DNA of 64,000 bases from a virus (lineage: Duplodnaviria; Caudoviricetes), in the IMG/VR virus record IMGVR_UViG_3300017754_002058, positions 2,227-66,226 of that record, one strand, 5' to 3'. Both the position numbers and the translations under genes were made by a program. Positions within the stretch are counted from its first letter, which is position 1. Each line of letters begins with the position of its first letter. Below, one piece after another: positions 52,136-62,923 of the stretch. The notes below the pieces were generated by a model. It saw only the letters and a program-made list of their open reading frames with translations. It had not been told where the DNA came from and searched no databases.

Positions 52136-54426
52136 CGTTTTAAATTAAAGGATTCACCACACCAGTCAACTGATGCAGACCTAGTGTTTAAAGTTCCTGC
52201 TGAGCCTGCTAATCTATAAAAAGGAAGTCCCCCATAGTTGCCCGACACCCTTGTAAATCTATATGCAAAGGAGTAGGTTATGCCGTCTGTCGAATAAAAG
52301 AAGATAGCGTCACCGCTATTTGACGAGGTAATAAATATTCCTAGATAGATATAAGTAGCGGCGGTAATTGGTACTGTGGTTGTTGTTAGTATAGTTAATG
52401 AATTAGCTACATTTGTAATTCGAATATTCCAAAAGGCGGGGGTCACGCCACCTGATGCAAATGTTGGCATCTCCCACATTAATCCCGTTTGCCCGTTTGT
52501 TGCTACCGTAGATGTTGAGGCATTTAGTCCAGCATTAAAATTCCAATCCTGCGCAGCCGTTGGCACCGTGTCAATCTTTACTTTTGATACCCATAGCTGG
52601 GGACACAAGCCATTAACCCCGAATACAGTACTTCCTCCAAATCTTCTATAATCCACGCTTGCATATAAAAATCCAGTAATTGTTGTTCCAGCACTCAACC
52701 TCATTACACCCCAATCTGTACTAGTTTCAGCCCCTGATGCTAAACCCGACCCCGTTCCCGAAGTTACCCCATAAAACATTTTAGTTGCTTGGGAGCCCGT
52801 AGTAGGATTTATGTTTTCAAAATCATCATAGAAATCAAAGCCGCCCTGATTTGGGTGCGTATTGAATTGAGCCCATCTTGTTCCCGTGTAAAGAAAAGTT
52901 ATCTCCCTTTCAGGCATCAAGAAGTATGGAGACTTTTGTGCTAACTTAAACCTGTTAGCGGCAGTAGACGTACTCGCCTCGTTCTCAATAATAACTACAT
53001 TATTTGTTGAACTGTTTACTATCGTAACTATTTTACCCGCCGATGGATTTGCTAGTCCACCTAAACTTATAATGTTGTTTGTATTGTTTGGGGTAAAGTC
53101 AATAACCTTAACCACGCTTGCAGCCCAACCCGTAGGAGACCAATCATCTTCACGCGCGTTAGTACTTGTTACTGAAATTAAAGATAAATTAACGTTTGGC
53201 ACATCCTCGTTTGACCATACTCCAACCACCGAGTCGTACAAAAGAGTTTGACCCGTTGACGGGGACGATATAAGGACGTTGTGAAGTTCGTCTAGCTCAT
53301 AGCCGTTGTCTACCTTCACAAATATTTTTCCGTGAACTGCGTGGGCGTACTCAACGTACCCCACAATGACAGAGTGCTGCGGCGCCGTCGGCTTAACGTT
53401 GGTGATGGCGCCAGCCGTTGTTGGAGAAAGATAAAGAACTTGACCGTCCACCCAAGTCTCTCCCTGTAAAGAACCCGTGGTGTTGATTTCCTTTACCTGA
53501 CCAGACACAGTAATAAAACCTTCTTGATTTTTAAGAATAGTCTCGGTCACTATACCAAGAGTACCCGCCGAGTTAGCGTCGTTATCACCCTGTGCAAGCC
53601 TAACCGAAAGTCTTTGTCCCGTGGCGCCAGTAACTAGCACCACTTGATAATTAGCCTCCAACAAATCTATTAAAGGTGTCGTCTTGTTGACCACCCTAGC
53701 CACTAACTCTTGACCAATTTGAAGAGTCACGTTGTTACCCTTCAACCTCAAATCCATCGTACCGTCGGTATCGTTCCATAGCATTCTCCCTACTTGTAAA
53801 GCATTAGTAGGGGTAAGGTCAGCTTGAAAAAAGTCTGACGTGATTCCGTGAGTACCTAAATCAACATCACCCGTTGCGCCCGTGTAAGGCACAAAACCTG
53901 AACCCCCTCCGCCAAAAGCCACATAAGCCGAGCCGTCCCATAAGAACAAAGCTGGAGTTGCCATATCAACGTACAAAGTCTCTACAATTCCCGTTGCGGG
54001 AAAACTCGCCTCGTCCGCATACCACAAAATACTATCAGTTCCCGTATTGCAACAACCAACAAAAATATTACCCACCAAATACTCATACGCATCTCTCACC
54101 TTAGTGAGATAAGTATTTATATCGTAATTAGGTTGAGTTAGTGCAGTATAAGGTCTGCCGTCAATATCCGTCAAGCCTACTACCGTGAACTTGTAGAACG
54201 AACAATTAAACCCTATTGGAGTTTTAGATACTCCATCTTGATTAGGCACGCTTGTTCCACCGCCATCTTGTATTACGTAAATATAACCCCCGCTATACTG
54301 CATTTGTATTTGGGAAGTTTCACTTAGACCTAATACACAAACACCGTCGGCATCAAAAAATAACACACGACCTTTTGCCGATTTGCTAATAGTAGCTATA
54401 TCCGATTCTAGTTGTTGGAAGTACAT
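52132..54426 (-). CDS. Tail fibre/receptor-binding protein
   Basis: GGGGSGFVPYTGATGDVDLG linker; LAQGDND..SAGTLGIVTE..., LYLSPTTAG.IT..KP.AP.H, YELDELHNV modules; G/T/S-rich C-terminal domain. Confidence 0.75.
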   Translation of the reverse strand: MYFQQLESDIATISKSAKGRVLFFDADGVCVLGLSETSQIQMQYSGGYIYVIQDGGGTSVPNQDGVSKTPIGFNCSFYKFTVVGLTDIDGRPYTALTQPNYDINTYLTKVRDAYEYLVGNIFVGCCNTGTDSILWYADEASFPATGIVETLYVDMATPALFLWDGSAYVAFGGGGSGFVPYTGATGDVDLGTHGITSDFFQADLTPTNALQVGRMLWNDTDGTMDLRLKGNNVTLQIGQELVARVVNKTTPLIDLLEANYQVVLVTGATGQRLSVRLAQGDNDANSAGTLGIVTETILKNQEGFITVSGQVKEINTTGSLQGETWVDGQVLYLSPTTAGAITNVKPTAPQHSVIVGYVEYAHAVHGKIFVKVDNGYELDELHNVLISSPSTGQTLLYDSVVGVWSNEDVPNVNLSLISVTSTNAREDDWSPTGWAASVVKVIDFTPNNTNNIISLGGLANPSAGKIVTIVNSSTNNVVIIENEASTSTAANRFKLAQKSPYFLMPEREITFLYTGTRWAQFNTHPNQGGFDFYDDFENINPTTGSQATKMFYGVTSGTGSGLASGAETSTDWGVMRLSAGTTITGFLYASVDYRRFGGSTVFGVNGLCPQLWVSKVKIDTVPTAAQDWNFNAGLNASTSTVATNGQTGLMWEMPTFASGGVTPAFWNIRITNVANSLTILTTTTVPITAATYIYLGIFITSSNSGDAIFFYSTDGITYSFAYRFTRVSGNYGGLPFYRLAGSAGTLNTRSASVDWCGESFNLKR

Positions 54427-54440
54427 TTAGCAAATTTAAC

Positions 54441-54470
54441 AAAAAAAGGGTAGCAAACGCCACCCTCTTT
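54441..54470 (-). terminator. Intrinsic terminator
   Basis: GGGTGGC-gttt-GCTACCC followed by a U tract. Confidence 0.7.
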
Positions 54471-54490
54471 CATTATTATTTTACTAATTA

Positions 54491-55420
54491 TCAGTTCAAA
54501 TATGACTTCAAAGTAGTTTCTTCGTTTGGTTGTGAGATGAGCCAATCAACTAAATGAGTGCGTTTTTCTCCCGCGTTCTCTCCCGTAGCCAAAACTAACG
54601 TTCTTTCTTCGTTATTTACCAAAGTAATCCACCACCCGTCTTTTTCTTTCAAAATCTTAGCTTTAGCCAAGTCTTTTACTAGATTAGTCAAGTCGTCAAT
54701 CTTGTTTGAACCATCACGAGCCGACAATGCTTCAATATTCTTCTTAGCGTGTTCATAGCGCTCGCGGAACTTATAAGCGCTAGTTTCAGAAGCGTAGTCG
54801 TAAAGAGTTACGCGGTCATCTTCCTCTACCCCGCTTGACATCATACTCAATGCATTAAACATTGATAAAATCCACTTGTAGTCTTTACGAGTTCCTTCTA
54901 CCAATAGTTCGTTAGCAAACGTAGCTTTCATTGAAATATCACTTGCTTTAGCTTTCGCTTTAACTGCTGGTATTTCAAATTGGTATCTCGCGCCTTCACG
55001 CTTTTGCTTACCATTAGTAAACTCATTAGAGTAGTAATAAAGGAATATGATTTTTTCTAGGTCTACCGTACCATCAATTACCATATCGTCTTTTAATTCA
55101 AATCTACGAAGGTTATTGAATAGATAGTTACCCGCTTTATCTGTTGAAGGAGGGGTCTTCGTATAAATAACCTCTTTTCTAATACCGTCCTTTGGGTCTA
55201 TAAACATAACCTTTGGGCTAGTCAAAGAAGGAGGGGTAGTAATACGGAAGTTTCGGACTGCGGTATCCGTTTGATTTGGAATAAATACGGGAGCAAACTT
55301 AACTACCGAGTTCGACAGCTTGATGCGAACACCGTTTGTTTGGAAGTTAGGGAACAAACCTTCTAACTCCGCAATTTCGGTTTTGAAATCCGTTTTACGT
55401 TTTTCTTCAATGTAAATCAT
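54491..55420 (-). CDS. Conserved capsid-module protein downstream of the MCP
   Basis: 309 aa; promoter TTTG-N18-TATCTTTG at 55445-55474; position matches crAss-like gene order. Confidence 0.5.
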   Translation of the reverse strand: MIYIEEKRKTDFKTEIAELEGLFPNFQTNGVRIKLSNSVVKFAPVFIPNQTDTAVRNFRITTPPSLTSPKVMFIDPKDGIRKEVIYTKTPPSTDKAGNYLFNNLRRFELKDDMVIDGTVDLEKIIFLYYYSNEFTNGKQKREGARYQFEIPAVKAKAKASDISMKATFANELLVEGTRKDYKWILSMFNALSMMSSGVEEDDRVTLYDYASETSAYKFRERYEHAKKNIEALSARDGSNKIDDLTNLVKDLAKAKILKEKDGWWITLVNNEERTLVLATGENAGEKRTHLVDWLISQPNEETTLKSYLN

Positions 55421-55471
55421 TTCTTTTGAGTTTTATTTATACGACAAAGATAATCAAAGTTATGTTAAAAC

Positions 55472-55500
55472 AAAAAAGCTACTCCCGAAAGAGTAGCCTT
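55472..55500 (-). terminator. Intrinsic terminator after the MCP
   Basis: GCTACTC-tttcgg-GAGTAGC followed by a U tract. Confidence 0.8.
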
Positions 55501-55519
55501 TTTAATATAGTTGGTTAGT

Positions 55520-56908
55520 TTATGACAATGATGCGTTGTAGAAGTATCCACATTGCTTGATTGCAAAGAAGTCAAGACCGAAGTGCGTCAAGTAGTTAGT
55601 CACACGGTTGTCAACGTCATTTGTAGGTGTTGGTGCATTTGCTCCAGTTTCCCAAATCTTGAACATACGTGATTGACCGTTGTCGCCATTTTCCGCGTAA
55701 GTCAACTCCATATTTCTACGCATTACACCCGTTGGGTCAGTTGCTTTACCCGAAGGCATAAAGTATGCAGTAGAACAGAATTGGTTAAACTCGTGGTCAA
55801 GACCGAACAATTCAGGGTCGTATGATACGTCGAACAAACGAAGGTTGAACGTCATACCTTCTAGTGTCAATGTTTGGTAGTCAAACGTTGCCATCAAGCC
55901 TTCACTCGCTTCACCCGCGCCGAAAATCATTTCCGCAGAGTGACGACGAACCGCCTCAATGTTAGCGTTCTTAGTGTAATCAAACAAAGCAGTTTGAAGT
56001 GGACGGTTAACGTTACGTGTCAACCAACCCATATAGTTGTTTGGAACAGCGTTTGGCTTCAATACGTCAATCAAGTCCTTCATTGTATCCAAATCAACAC
56101 CCGCTTGAATGTCAATAGAGTTTGCTCTTGTTGCAAAAGTATCCATCATACCGCCAGTAGTTTGTGTAACTCCCGATGCAGTTGATTCTTTACCCAAGAT
56201 AAGCTGACCCATTGATTGCTTCAAGTGACGGAACTCCGCTTGTGTGCGTTGAACACCACCCCAATTACCAACTACGTTTCCTAGTTCGTCTGTTTCAGGA
56301 TATAGTTTGTCAACCGCAGCATCACCCGTAATCAAAGCAGATGTTTTTAGCTTTTGAAGTTTGAAAGAGTATTTAGTCCAAAAACTTGACTTAGCGTCGG
56401 GTTGACCCGTGTTCTCGCCATAAGCGTTGGTGTAAATACCGAATTTCTTACCCGCAGATGGAACGGTAGCAGTTTGACCGTTGATTTCTTTTGCCAAGAA
56501 AGTAAAGTCAGTTCCGTTATCAACTTTAGAAGTTACCTCATAACGCTTGAAAGTTACAGGGTCGATAATGAAATCACCTACGTTCAAGTAGCAAGTACGA
56601 ATACTGCCTACTGTTTCGATTTGTGAAGTAGCAATCGTAAATCCAAGAGTTGTACCCGTTGTACCTGCGTTTGCTTTAACCTCGATATAAGTATCGTAAC
56701 GGTCTTCTTCAAAGTGGAAACCACCTTGTGCGTTACGGATTGCGCGAGTCGCTTGCATTCTCTTCAATAGAAGGAACTCTTTAGCGAATTGGTCGCCATA
56801 CTGATTGAACAGTTTTGTTTGAAAGTCAGGACGTACAAAGTCGGAAGCCGCTAAGATTCCCGATTGAGCATATCCCGCTGTGTTTGGTGCTACACTATTT
56901 GGTTGCAT
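55520..56908 (-). CDS. Major capsid protein
   Basis: 462 aa after portal and scaffold, followed by a strong terminator; VRPDF...LFNQYG, YTNAYGE.TGQP, QKLKTS..ITG motifs. Confidence 0.8.
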   Translation of the reverse strand: MQPNSVAPNTAGYAQSGILAASDFVRPDFQTKLFNQYGDQFAKEFLLLKRMQATRAIRNAQGGFHFEEDRYDTYIEVKANAGTTGTTLGFTIATSQIETVGSIRTCYLNVGDFIIDPVTFKRYEVTSKVDNGTDFTFLAKEINGQTATVPSAGKKFGIYTNAYGENTGQPDAKSSFWTKYSFKLQKLKTSALITGDAAVDKLYPETDELGNVVGNWGGVQRTQAEFRHLKQSMGQLILGKESTASGVTQTTGGMMDTFATRANSIDIQAGVDLDTMKDLIDVLKPNAVPNNYMGWLTRNVNRPLQTALFDYTKNANIEAVRRHSAEMIFGAGEASEGLMATFDYQTLTLEGMTFNLRLFDVSYDPELFGLDHEFNQFCSTAYFMPSGKATDPTGVMRRNMELTYAENGDNGQSRMFKIWETGANAPTPTNDVDNRVTNYLTHFGLDFFAIKQCGYFYNASLS

Positions 56909-56932
56909 TTTTTAATTCTTTTTATTGGTTAG

Positions 56933-58087
56933 TTATTTTCTACCAAAGCTATTCAAGAACTCCTCGGCGGGGCTTACTACTTTGTCAACTGGTTTAGTTG
57001 GGGCGGGTCTATCCGTGATAGGGGCGAGATTATGCTTTTCAGCTATAATGCGTTCTCGTATCTTCCCCTCTGCCGCTTTGATACCTTCAACTACAAAAGC
57101 CTCAATCTTGCTATTCCGCAAGGACGACTCTATCGCTGAACGCACGGCTTGGACTCCCTTTTCATCGGGATTCGCCATTCCTAATACTCCGACACTTTTA
57201 AGATTTTCAAGTGCTGACGATACTTCTTGTTCGCTAACCGCGAGTGTAATCGGTATCTTGCCAACTCCTTCGACCTTAGTGTCAACTTCCATAGTTACTG
57301 CCTTTACTGAACTCTTCACGCTAGGTAGTTGTTGCTCCCATTGTGCGTTCCTTTCAGAAGTCAACCGTTGTTGCTCTTGGGCTTGGTTTTGCAAAGTTAG
57401 GAAAAAGTTGTCATTCCCTACAAATTCTTCTTTCTTTTTTTCTATGTTGTTCAATGCTTTAACACCATCGACTTGAAGTGATACTGGAAGTTCATATCCT
57501 TCTTCACCATATTCACTCAAATCTACCCCGTTTTTATTAGCCACATAGGTTCTTAGTTTATCTAATCCTATCTTAGCTAATTCGGGGTCGCTAATAGCCT
57601 CGTTTAGCACGAGGGCTTGTAGCGGGTCTTTACTCAACTGCTCTTTCGTTGTCGTTAGAACTTGTTGTGCAAGGTTAAAGTCATTGATGCCCGTCTTAGC
57701 AATAAAGTTGTTGATTTGCATAATTGTTTCATTAGCAAATGGATTCCTTACGTGTTCTAGGGCGGACGATTCTTGCTTTAATGTATTGTACTCCGTTTCA
57801 AGAGTATTGTACTTATCTAATCTTTGTCTTAATTCATCCTCGCTCGTTACACCAAACTTTGAAAAGTCATAAGACTGCGTTGGTTCGGGAGTAGAAGTAG
57901 GTTCTCCGTTTGTCGGCGCGATAGATTCGGGCGTTGACGCAGGAGCTGGCTCGGCTGACGGTGTAGGTTCGTTTTGAGATGATGGGTTCTCTTGTAGATA
58001 TTGCGCCCTCATATCGTCTTCACTACCGCTTGGGTTGCGTTGTGCAAAGTCCATTGCGTACTCTGCGGGGATTGTTACATCTTCCAT
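56933..58087 (-). CDS. Scaffolding/capsid assembly protein
   Basis: Acidic, P/E/T-rich N-terminus, then helical; lies between portal and MCP. Confidence 0.6.
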   Translation of the reverse strand: MEDVTIPAEYAMDFAQRNPSGSEDDMRAQYLQENPSSQNEPTPSAEPAPASTPESIAPTNGEPTSTPEPTQSYDFSKFGVTSEDELRQRLDKYNTLETEYNTLKQESSALEHVRNPFANETIMQINNFIAKTGINDFNLAQQVLTTTKEQLSKDPLQALVLNEAISDPELAKIGLDKLRTYVANKNGVDLSEYGEEGYELPVSLQVDGVKALNNIEKKKEEFVGNDNFFLTLQNQAQEQQRLTSERNAQWEQQLPSVKSSVKAVTMEVDTKVEGVGKIPITLAVSEQEVSSALENLKSVGVLGMANPDEKGVQAVRSAIESSLRNSKIEAFVVEGIKAAEGKIRERIIAEKHNLAPITDRPAPTKPVDKVVSPAEEFLNSFGRK

Positions 58088-58109
58088 TTATTTTTTGTTT
58101 TTATTTGTT

Positions 58110-60452
58110 TTAAATTTTACCCGTTATCTCACGACCTTGCATAGCTTGTAAGCTACCTTCTAAAGTCATTGTTTCTAGGTCAGCGTTCTTTTGTGCTTCA
58201 ATCTTCATCAAGTCCGCTTCTAGTTGCGCCCCAATCTTAGCCGTATCTTCCGTATTTTTAAGTTGAGATACAATTTGCATTTGTTGAGTTTTCATTTGTT
58301 CCGCCGCCTGTGCTGACTTAATTTGATTGTCCGCGTTAATGGCACTCATACGCTCTTGGTTAGCTTGAAGTTGTTTAGCTACTCTTTCCTCGCTTATAAT
58401 GATGAACTTTTGAGCCAACTCGTCGTAACCATCTTCTAGCAATCTTTCTACAAACATAGCATCGGCACTTGTCACTCCTATTTGCCCGTTCTTACCAGCT
58501 TTCAATGATTCCGAAAGAATACCCATTATATAAGCCTTTCTTTGAGCAGTAGTTGTTGACTTTAACTTGATACCAATAGATTCCAAGCTAAGTGTTTCTA
58601 TGCTATCTACCGCCGCGAAGAACATATCTCCAAGAATACCTTTGTAGTATTTCTTACATTTAGGGTCTCCCGCGATATTAACACGAACCTTTTGTATCAT
58701 CTTCTTTGCCGCCTTCTCTTTCATTCGCATTATTGCAAATCTCAAAGCGTTCAAAGCATTGTTAGTAGTATCAATTTCCATTTGAGCTACACCCTTTAAC
58801 TTCTCCGCACTAGCCATTGGCGTTGCTACCGCCGCATCCGTCAATCCAGCTACTCTTTGCATTGTAGCTTCAATATGCACTTGGTAGGTCAACCATTCGT
58901 CTAATTGCGTACCGATACCGTTTTGAAGTTCCGTAATGGCACTAGCGTTGTTGTAACGTTGCCCTACTTCATACCTAGACGCAAAGAATTGATTACCCGT
59001 TTCTCTACGTACCCTTGCGATTTCTAAAGCCGTACTTTTTCCTAATCCAAAGTCTACGTTGCTCAAAATACCTACGTCAATAGCCAAACCTTTAGGGGCT
59101 GCGGCTAATACTGCGGCACGTAACTTATAAGTAGCCATTGCTTGGTCGTCCAATAGAGAAACCCATCTTTCAACTACGCTTCTACCCGCCATTCTTTCGT
59201 GGAAGTAACTTAACGTCACCGCTCCATCCGCGTCGCGCATCATATTCTTTTGTAGCCCGTAATCGTAAACGTGAGGCGTATTGATAATCCAATATCCCTC
59301 GTAAATTACTTGCTCGTAAAACGTATCGGTTTTTCTTTCACGACCATCTGCGTAAGATTTCTTTATTCTATCTTCTTGCTTGTAAACGTAGTTACCGTTA
59401 CTTGCTTTTCTGCCTACAAAGTGTTTTTGGTCGTCACTCTTATACTCAAAGTGCATAACGTCAATCAAGAAGTCATACCATAGGTAACGAGAAGTAACTG
59501 GGTCACGGTTTTCCCAATTATAAATAGTTGGGTCTGCGATACCATTTGCAGCACTAAACATTCGCGCAATACCTCTTAGCTCATCGTCGCTAATACTTGG
59601 CATTTTAGCCTTAATAACATAGAGAGGAACTCTTTGTATGTATCCCGCAAATGGAGGGTCTAAATCGGGGTTATTATCGTCGTAAACGGTAACGTAGTAA
59701 GCGGGGTTTAGATACTCCATTCTTACGCTTCCGTCGTTATGAGTCTTTACCCTTCCGCAAACAAATGCTGTTTGCAATCCCGCGTCTAACATTTTATCCC
59801 GAACCTTTGACCAATCGGAAATATCAAACCCGTGTTCAGCTATCATCGAGAGTGCGGTTTCTAGCGGTAATCTAAAACCGTTAATATTTTCGTACAATTC
59901 TAACTCCGCTTTTGTTTGTGGGGCAAAATCGGGTTCTTGAAAAGGCACGCCTAATTCTTTCTTTAGCGGATTGAACAACTTTGCATCCACATACATTTTC
60001 CACTTCTTTACGTTCTTCTCTTTAATAGAAGCGTAGCTATTAGAACTAACTACTACTTTATAATCCGATTGTGTAAGAAGTGCTTTGATAGTTGCTAGAA
60101 ACATCGGTGCGGAACTAACAATAGAGTTTTGGTCAAACCCAATATTGTTATATCCCTTTCTATGATTCTCCGAATATTGATTGCCATTACCCGCTGCCGT
60201 AGAGCTTTTTGCGTTTTCTCCGCGATATTGTTTACGGTATCTATCGGGAGACTGGCGACCTTCTGCGTATGCCTTAATAGTATTAAAATAGGATAGGTTA
60301 CCGTATGGCTGACCACCCGCCCCGTATGGGTATGGTGCGGAAAACCAGCGTCCATACATAGCTTGGGCTATTTGCTTACCATACTCTTTCGATTCTTTTT
60401 TATCCCTTGAAACTTCGTCGCTTGGGAAAGTTGATTGATAGACATTAATCAT
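58110..60452 (-). CDS. Portal protein
   Basis: FPSD.V...KKES.EYG..IAQAM...; Q/A-rich helical C-terminus; after TerL; start revised to MINVYQ because the track's TTG lies in the promoter TTTG-N21-TAAATTTG (60474-60506). Confidence 0.8.
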   Translation of the reverse strand: MINVYQSTFPSDEVSRDKKESKEYGKQIAQAMYGRWFSAPYPYGAGGQPYGNLSYFNTIKAYAEGRQSPDRYRKQYRGENAKSSTAAGNGNQYSENHRKGYNNIGFDQNSIVSSAPMFLATIKALLTQSDYKVVVSSNSYASIKEKNVKKWKMYVDAKLFNPLKKELGVPFQEPDFAPQTKAELELYENINGFRLPLETALSMIAEHGFDISDWSKVRDKMLDAGLQTAFVCGRVKTHNDGSVRMEYLNPAYYVTVYDDNNPDLDPPFAGYIQRVPLYVIKAKMPSISDDELRGIARMFSAANGIADPTIYNWENRDPVTSRYLWYDFLIDVMHFEYKSDDQKHFVGRKASNGNYVYKQEDRIKKSYADGRERKTDTFYEQVIYEGYWIINTPHVYDYGLQKNMMRDADGAVTLSYFHERMAGRSVVERWVSLLDDQAMATYKLRAAVLAAAPKGLAIDVGILSNVDFGLGKSTALEIARVRRETGNQFFASRYEVGQRYNNASAITELQNGIGTQLDEWLTYQVHIEATMQRVAGLTDAAVATPMASAEKLKGVAQMEIDTTNNALNALRFAIMRMKEKAAKKMIQKVRVNIAGDPKCKKYYKGILGDMFFAAVDSIETLSLESIGIKLKSTTTAQRKAYIMGILSESLKAGKNGQIGVTSADAMFVERLLEDGYDELAQKFIIISEERVAKQLQANQERMSAINADNQIKSAQAAEQMKTQQMQIVSQLKNTEDTAKIGAQLEADLMKIEAQKNADLETMTLEGSLQAMQGREITGKI

Positions 60453-60517
60453 TGGGCGTCCAACTATTTTGAGCAAATTTAACGAAAATTTACGTTTGTT
60501 GGCAAATTTTTATTATA

Positions 60518-62920
60518 TCAATCATACATTTCAATCAAACCACCACCGTCAAGTCTATCTTCATTTCTTTTCATCAATTCCGTAAACTTGCTTTCAGCAC
60601 CGAGTAGTGCCATACCTCCCGCCGCAAATAAGTCTAAGTCCGTCATATCTTCAAAACTTTGAGCGTCACCTATTTCCTCCAATAACTCCAAGTGTCTTGC
60701 CCTATGACCTACATTATTTACGTAGTCACCGTATTTACTAAAAATTCTTTCCTTAGTTGCGTTATCCGTCCACACACCCACCACTTTTTCAAATTCACCC
60801 TTAACGTGATTGAACATTGGTAATAAAAACGCACTTGCGTTATTTGCCTTAAAGTAGGTTATCAAGTGACCAACGTTTCTTTCCGACACCACCATAGAGC
60901 CAAATAGAGCAGCCGCCATTAGCATATCTTCACAATACTCGTCCGTAGTTTCAGTCCTATTGTTGTATGTCATTACAAAGTCTCCCGTGATGTGGTCGGA
61001 TGGTGATTTATCCGCAGAGTCAATTAGCGGGTTGGTAGGCATAAACATTGCTCCGCCACCGTTTGACTTCTTTTTACTCGTCGTATCTGCGGCGTTAAAA
61101 CTAAACGGGTCACAGCCTAGCACATATCGTCCTAAAAGTTCGGGTTTAGGCTTAAAAGAGTTTTGTGCGTCGTCCCAAATAAATTGATTTCGATACATTT
61201 CTGCTGGCGGTAAACTTAGAATAAACTTTCCCTCTTCTCCTTCGGGAGGGTCTACAATCTCTACTGTACTCCACTTTCCTTGCGTCCATTTCAAATTGAC
61301 AGTTCTTGTTTGGTTGTCCACAAACTTTAAGTCCGCCATACGACCCATTAACTTGCTAATATCCCAAAAGTTTGTTTTATTAGCCTTACTTGCCGCTTCT
61401 CTTAAAGTGAATGGGTTGTTACGCTTCTCCGTGTTTAATGCTACGAAGTTCTTTTGTTCCTCGTAAAACTTTCTATTTTTTAGAAGATAAGACTTAGCTC
61501 CTTCTTCAACCAATATCCCGTCTAAGTTCTTAACTACGGGGAATGGGTCTTCAATTATCGAGTACCCAAACTCATCTACAAACCCGTCGTACCCGTCGTA
61601 TGCTGGAATAAACAAAGTTACTAGCCCCGACACCGTTTGACCGTTATCGTTTCTTTTATGACTAAAGGACTGCTTACATAAGTCAAAATATTCCTTACCA
61701 CCTCCGCTTTCAAACTCTCCAAAAGTAGAGGTGTAAACTGCTAGTCCGTGAACTTTTTGACCTTGCGCCAAAGCATTCTTAATTGTATCAGCAAACTCAA
61801 AGGCAATATCCGCATTTTCTTTTTTACCCGATTCATCATTTAAGTAAAAAAATAGTTTGTTACCGTCAAACGCTTTGTTAGCAGAACTTCGTGGTATAAT
61901 CCAACCACCGTGACTTACTATGTCGTCGCCAAAATTAGTAGCGCCCTTCTTCGTAAATACCAAAGAATTAGTGTCGGAAGGATTTGCGGTAGGCTTAAAA
62001 AAGAACGGATAGTGATACCAGCTTTTCAATATCTTGCCTTGATAAACGTCTTTTGTTGCGGTCTCCTCCGTAAGCGCTTGAATAGCAAAAGTCCCCATTG
62101 AGTTATCTATTGCCACTCTAGTCCCTACGTGCGCTCCCATAAACGTAGCCCCAACACGTCGGCGCTTTGGGAACACAACCCCTAGCACCGTTCTAAAATC
62201 CATTTCTACGTTCTTAAATCCTTTACCTCCGTTGTCGTCTATGAAATACTCACCTCCGCTTGTTTCCATTCGGCAATATTGGTTAGCACTCATTAAATTA
62301 TTGAAATACTTTACACGTACTTCTCCTCTCTTTCTAAAAGTAGCTTTGTACTTAAAGTTAGTCTCGGTTGTGGTGTAAGCCCACTTAAAGAAATGGAATA
62401 TTCGCCTATCTACGTCACGGTAATCAGGCAACCTATCCCTTCTTCTGTCGTTGTCTATTATCCAATAGTTTAGGTAAGTAAAGTGCCAACCGTCAATGTA
62501 AGTAGGGCGACCTTTGATAAAACACCAATACCCTTGTAGGCTTCTTTTAATAATAACTTTCATCCACTCTATTTCGTCTTTGTAGAATAACGGATTGGAT
62601 TCAATTTCATCAAAAATATCTTCGGTGTATATCTTCTTATCGTCTTTTATATTGTACTTGCGACGCATATTCTCCTCTATGTTCGCCAGCTTAGGAGGTA
62701 GCCTAAATAGCCCTCCATCTCGATAAGTATCAAACTTTTGCTTTTCGGGCGGCAGACCGTAACCGTCGATTTCTTTAATTGCTTCTATCCACGGCTTTCC
62801 GAAAAACGATTCAACACTTGGCATTCGAACCTCAATCCCTCCTTCAACGGCAAGGTCGGGGTCATTCTCGTTATAAAAAATTGAGGCTTCTTCTTTTATG
62901 TATTGGTCTAGGTGCTCCAT
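60518..62920 (-). CDS. terL: Terminase large subunit
   Basis: PKRRRVGAT (Walker A variant), YLNDESGK (Walker B), YTST, LGCDPF (RNase H-like nuclease), ERN, DLFAAGGMAL. Confidence 0.9.
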   Translation of the reverse strand: MEHLDQYIKEEASIFYNENDPDLAVEGGIEVRMPSVESFFGKPWIEAIKEIDGYGLPPEKQKFDTYRDGGLFRLPPKLANIEENMRRKYNIKDDKKIYTEDIFDEIESNPLFYKDEIEWMKVIIKRSLQGYWCFIKGRPTYIDGWHFTYLNYWIIDNDRRRDRLPDYRDVDRRIFHFFKWAYTTTETNFKYKATFRKRGEVRVKYFNNLMSANQYCRMETSGGEYFIDDNGGKGFKNVEMDFRTVLGVVFPKRRRVGATFMGAHVGTRVAIDNSMGTFAIQALTEETATKDVYQGKILKSWYHYPFFFKPTANPSDTNSLVFTKKGATNFGDDIVSHGGWIIPRSSANKAFDGNKLFFYLNDESGKKENADIAFEFADTIKNALAQGQKVHGLAVYTSTFGEFESGGGKEYFDLCKQSFSHKRNDNGQTVSGLVTLFIPAYDGYDGFVDEFGYSIIEDPFPVVKNLDGILVEEGAKSYLLKNRKFYEEQKNFVALNTEKRNNPFTLREAASKANKTNFWDISKLMGRMADLKFVDNQTRTVNLKWTQGKWSTVEIVDPPEGEEGKFILSLPPAEMYRNQFIWDDAQNSFKPKPELLGRYVLGCDPFSFNAADTTSKKKSNGGGAMFMPTNPLIDSADKSPSDHITGDFVMTYNNRTETTDEYCEDMLMAAALFGSMVVSERNVGHLITYFKANNASAFLLPMFNHVKGEFEKVVGVWTDNATKERIFSKYGDYVNNVGHRARHLELLEEIGDAQSFEDMTDLDLFAAGGMALLGAESKFTELMKRNEDRLDGGGLIEMYD

Positions 62921-62923
62921 AGT

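Noticed and set aside
24601-62920. Many plus-strand ORFs (60-120 aa) within the late region
   Set aside because: Antisense shadows of long minus-strand genes, S/F/L-rich, with no promoter or start context
60518-62920. Intein or intron in TerL
   Set aside because: No C...HN-C/S/T splice junctions or LAGLIDADG motifs; the frame is continuous
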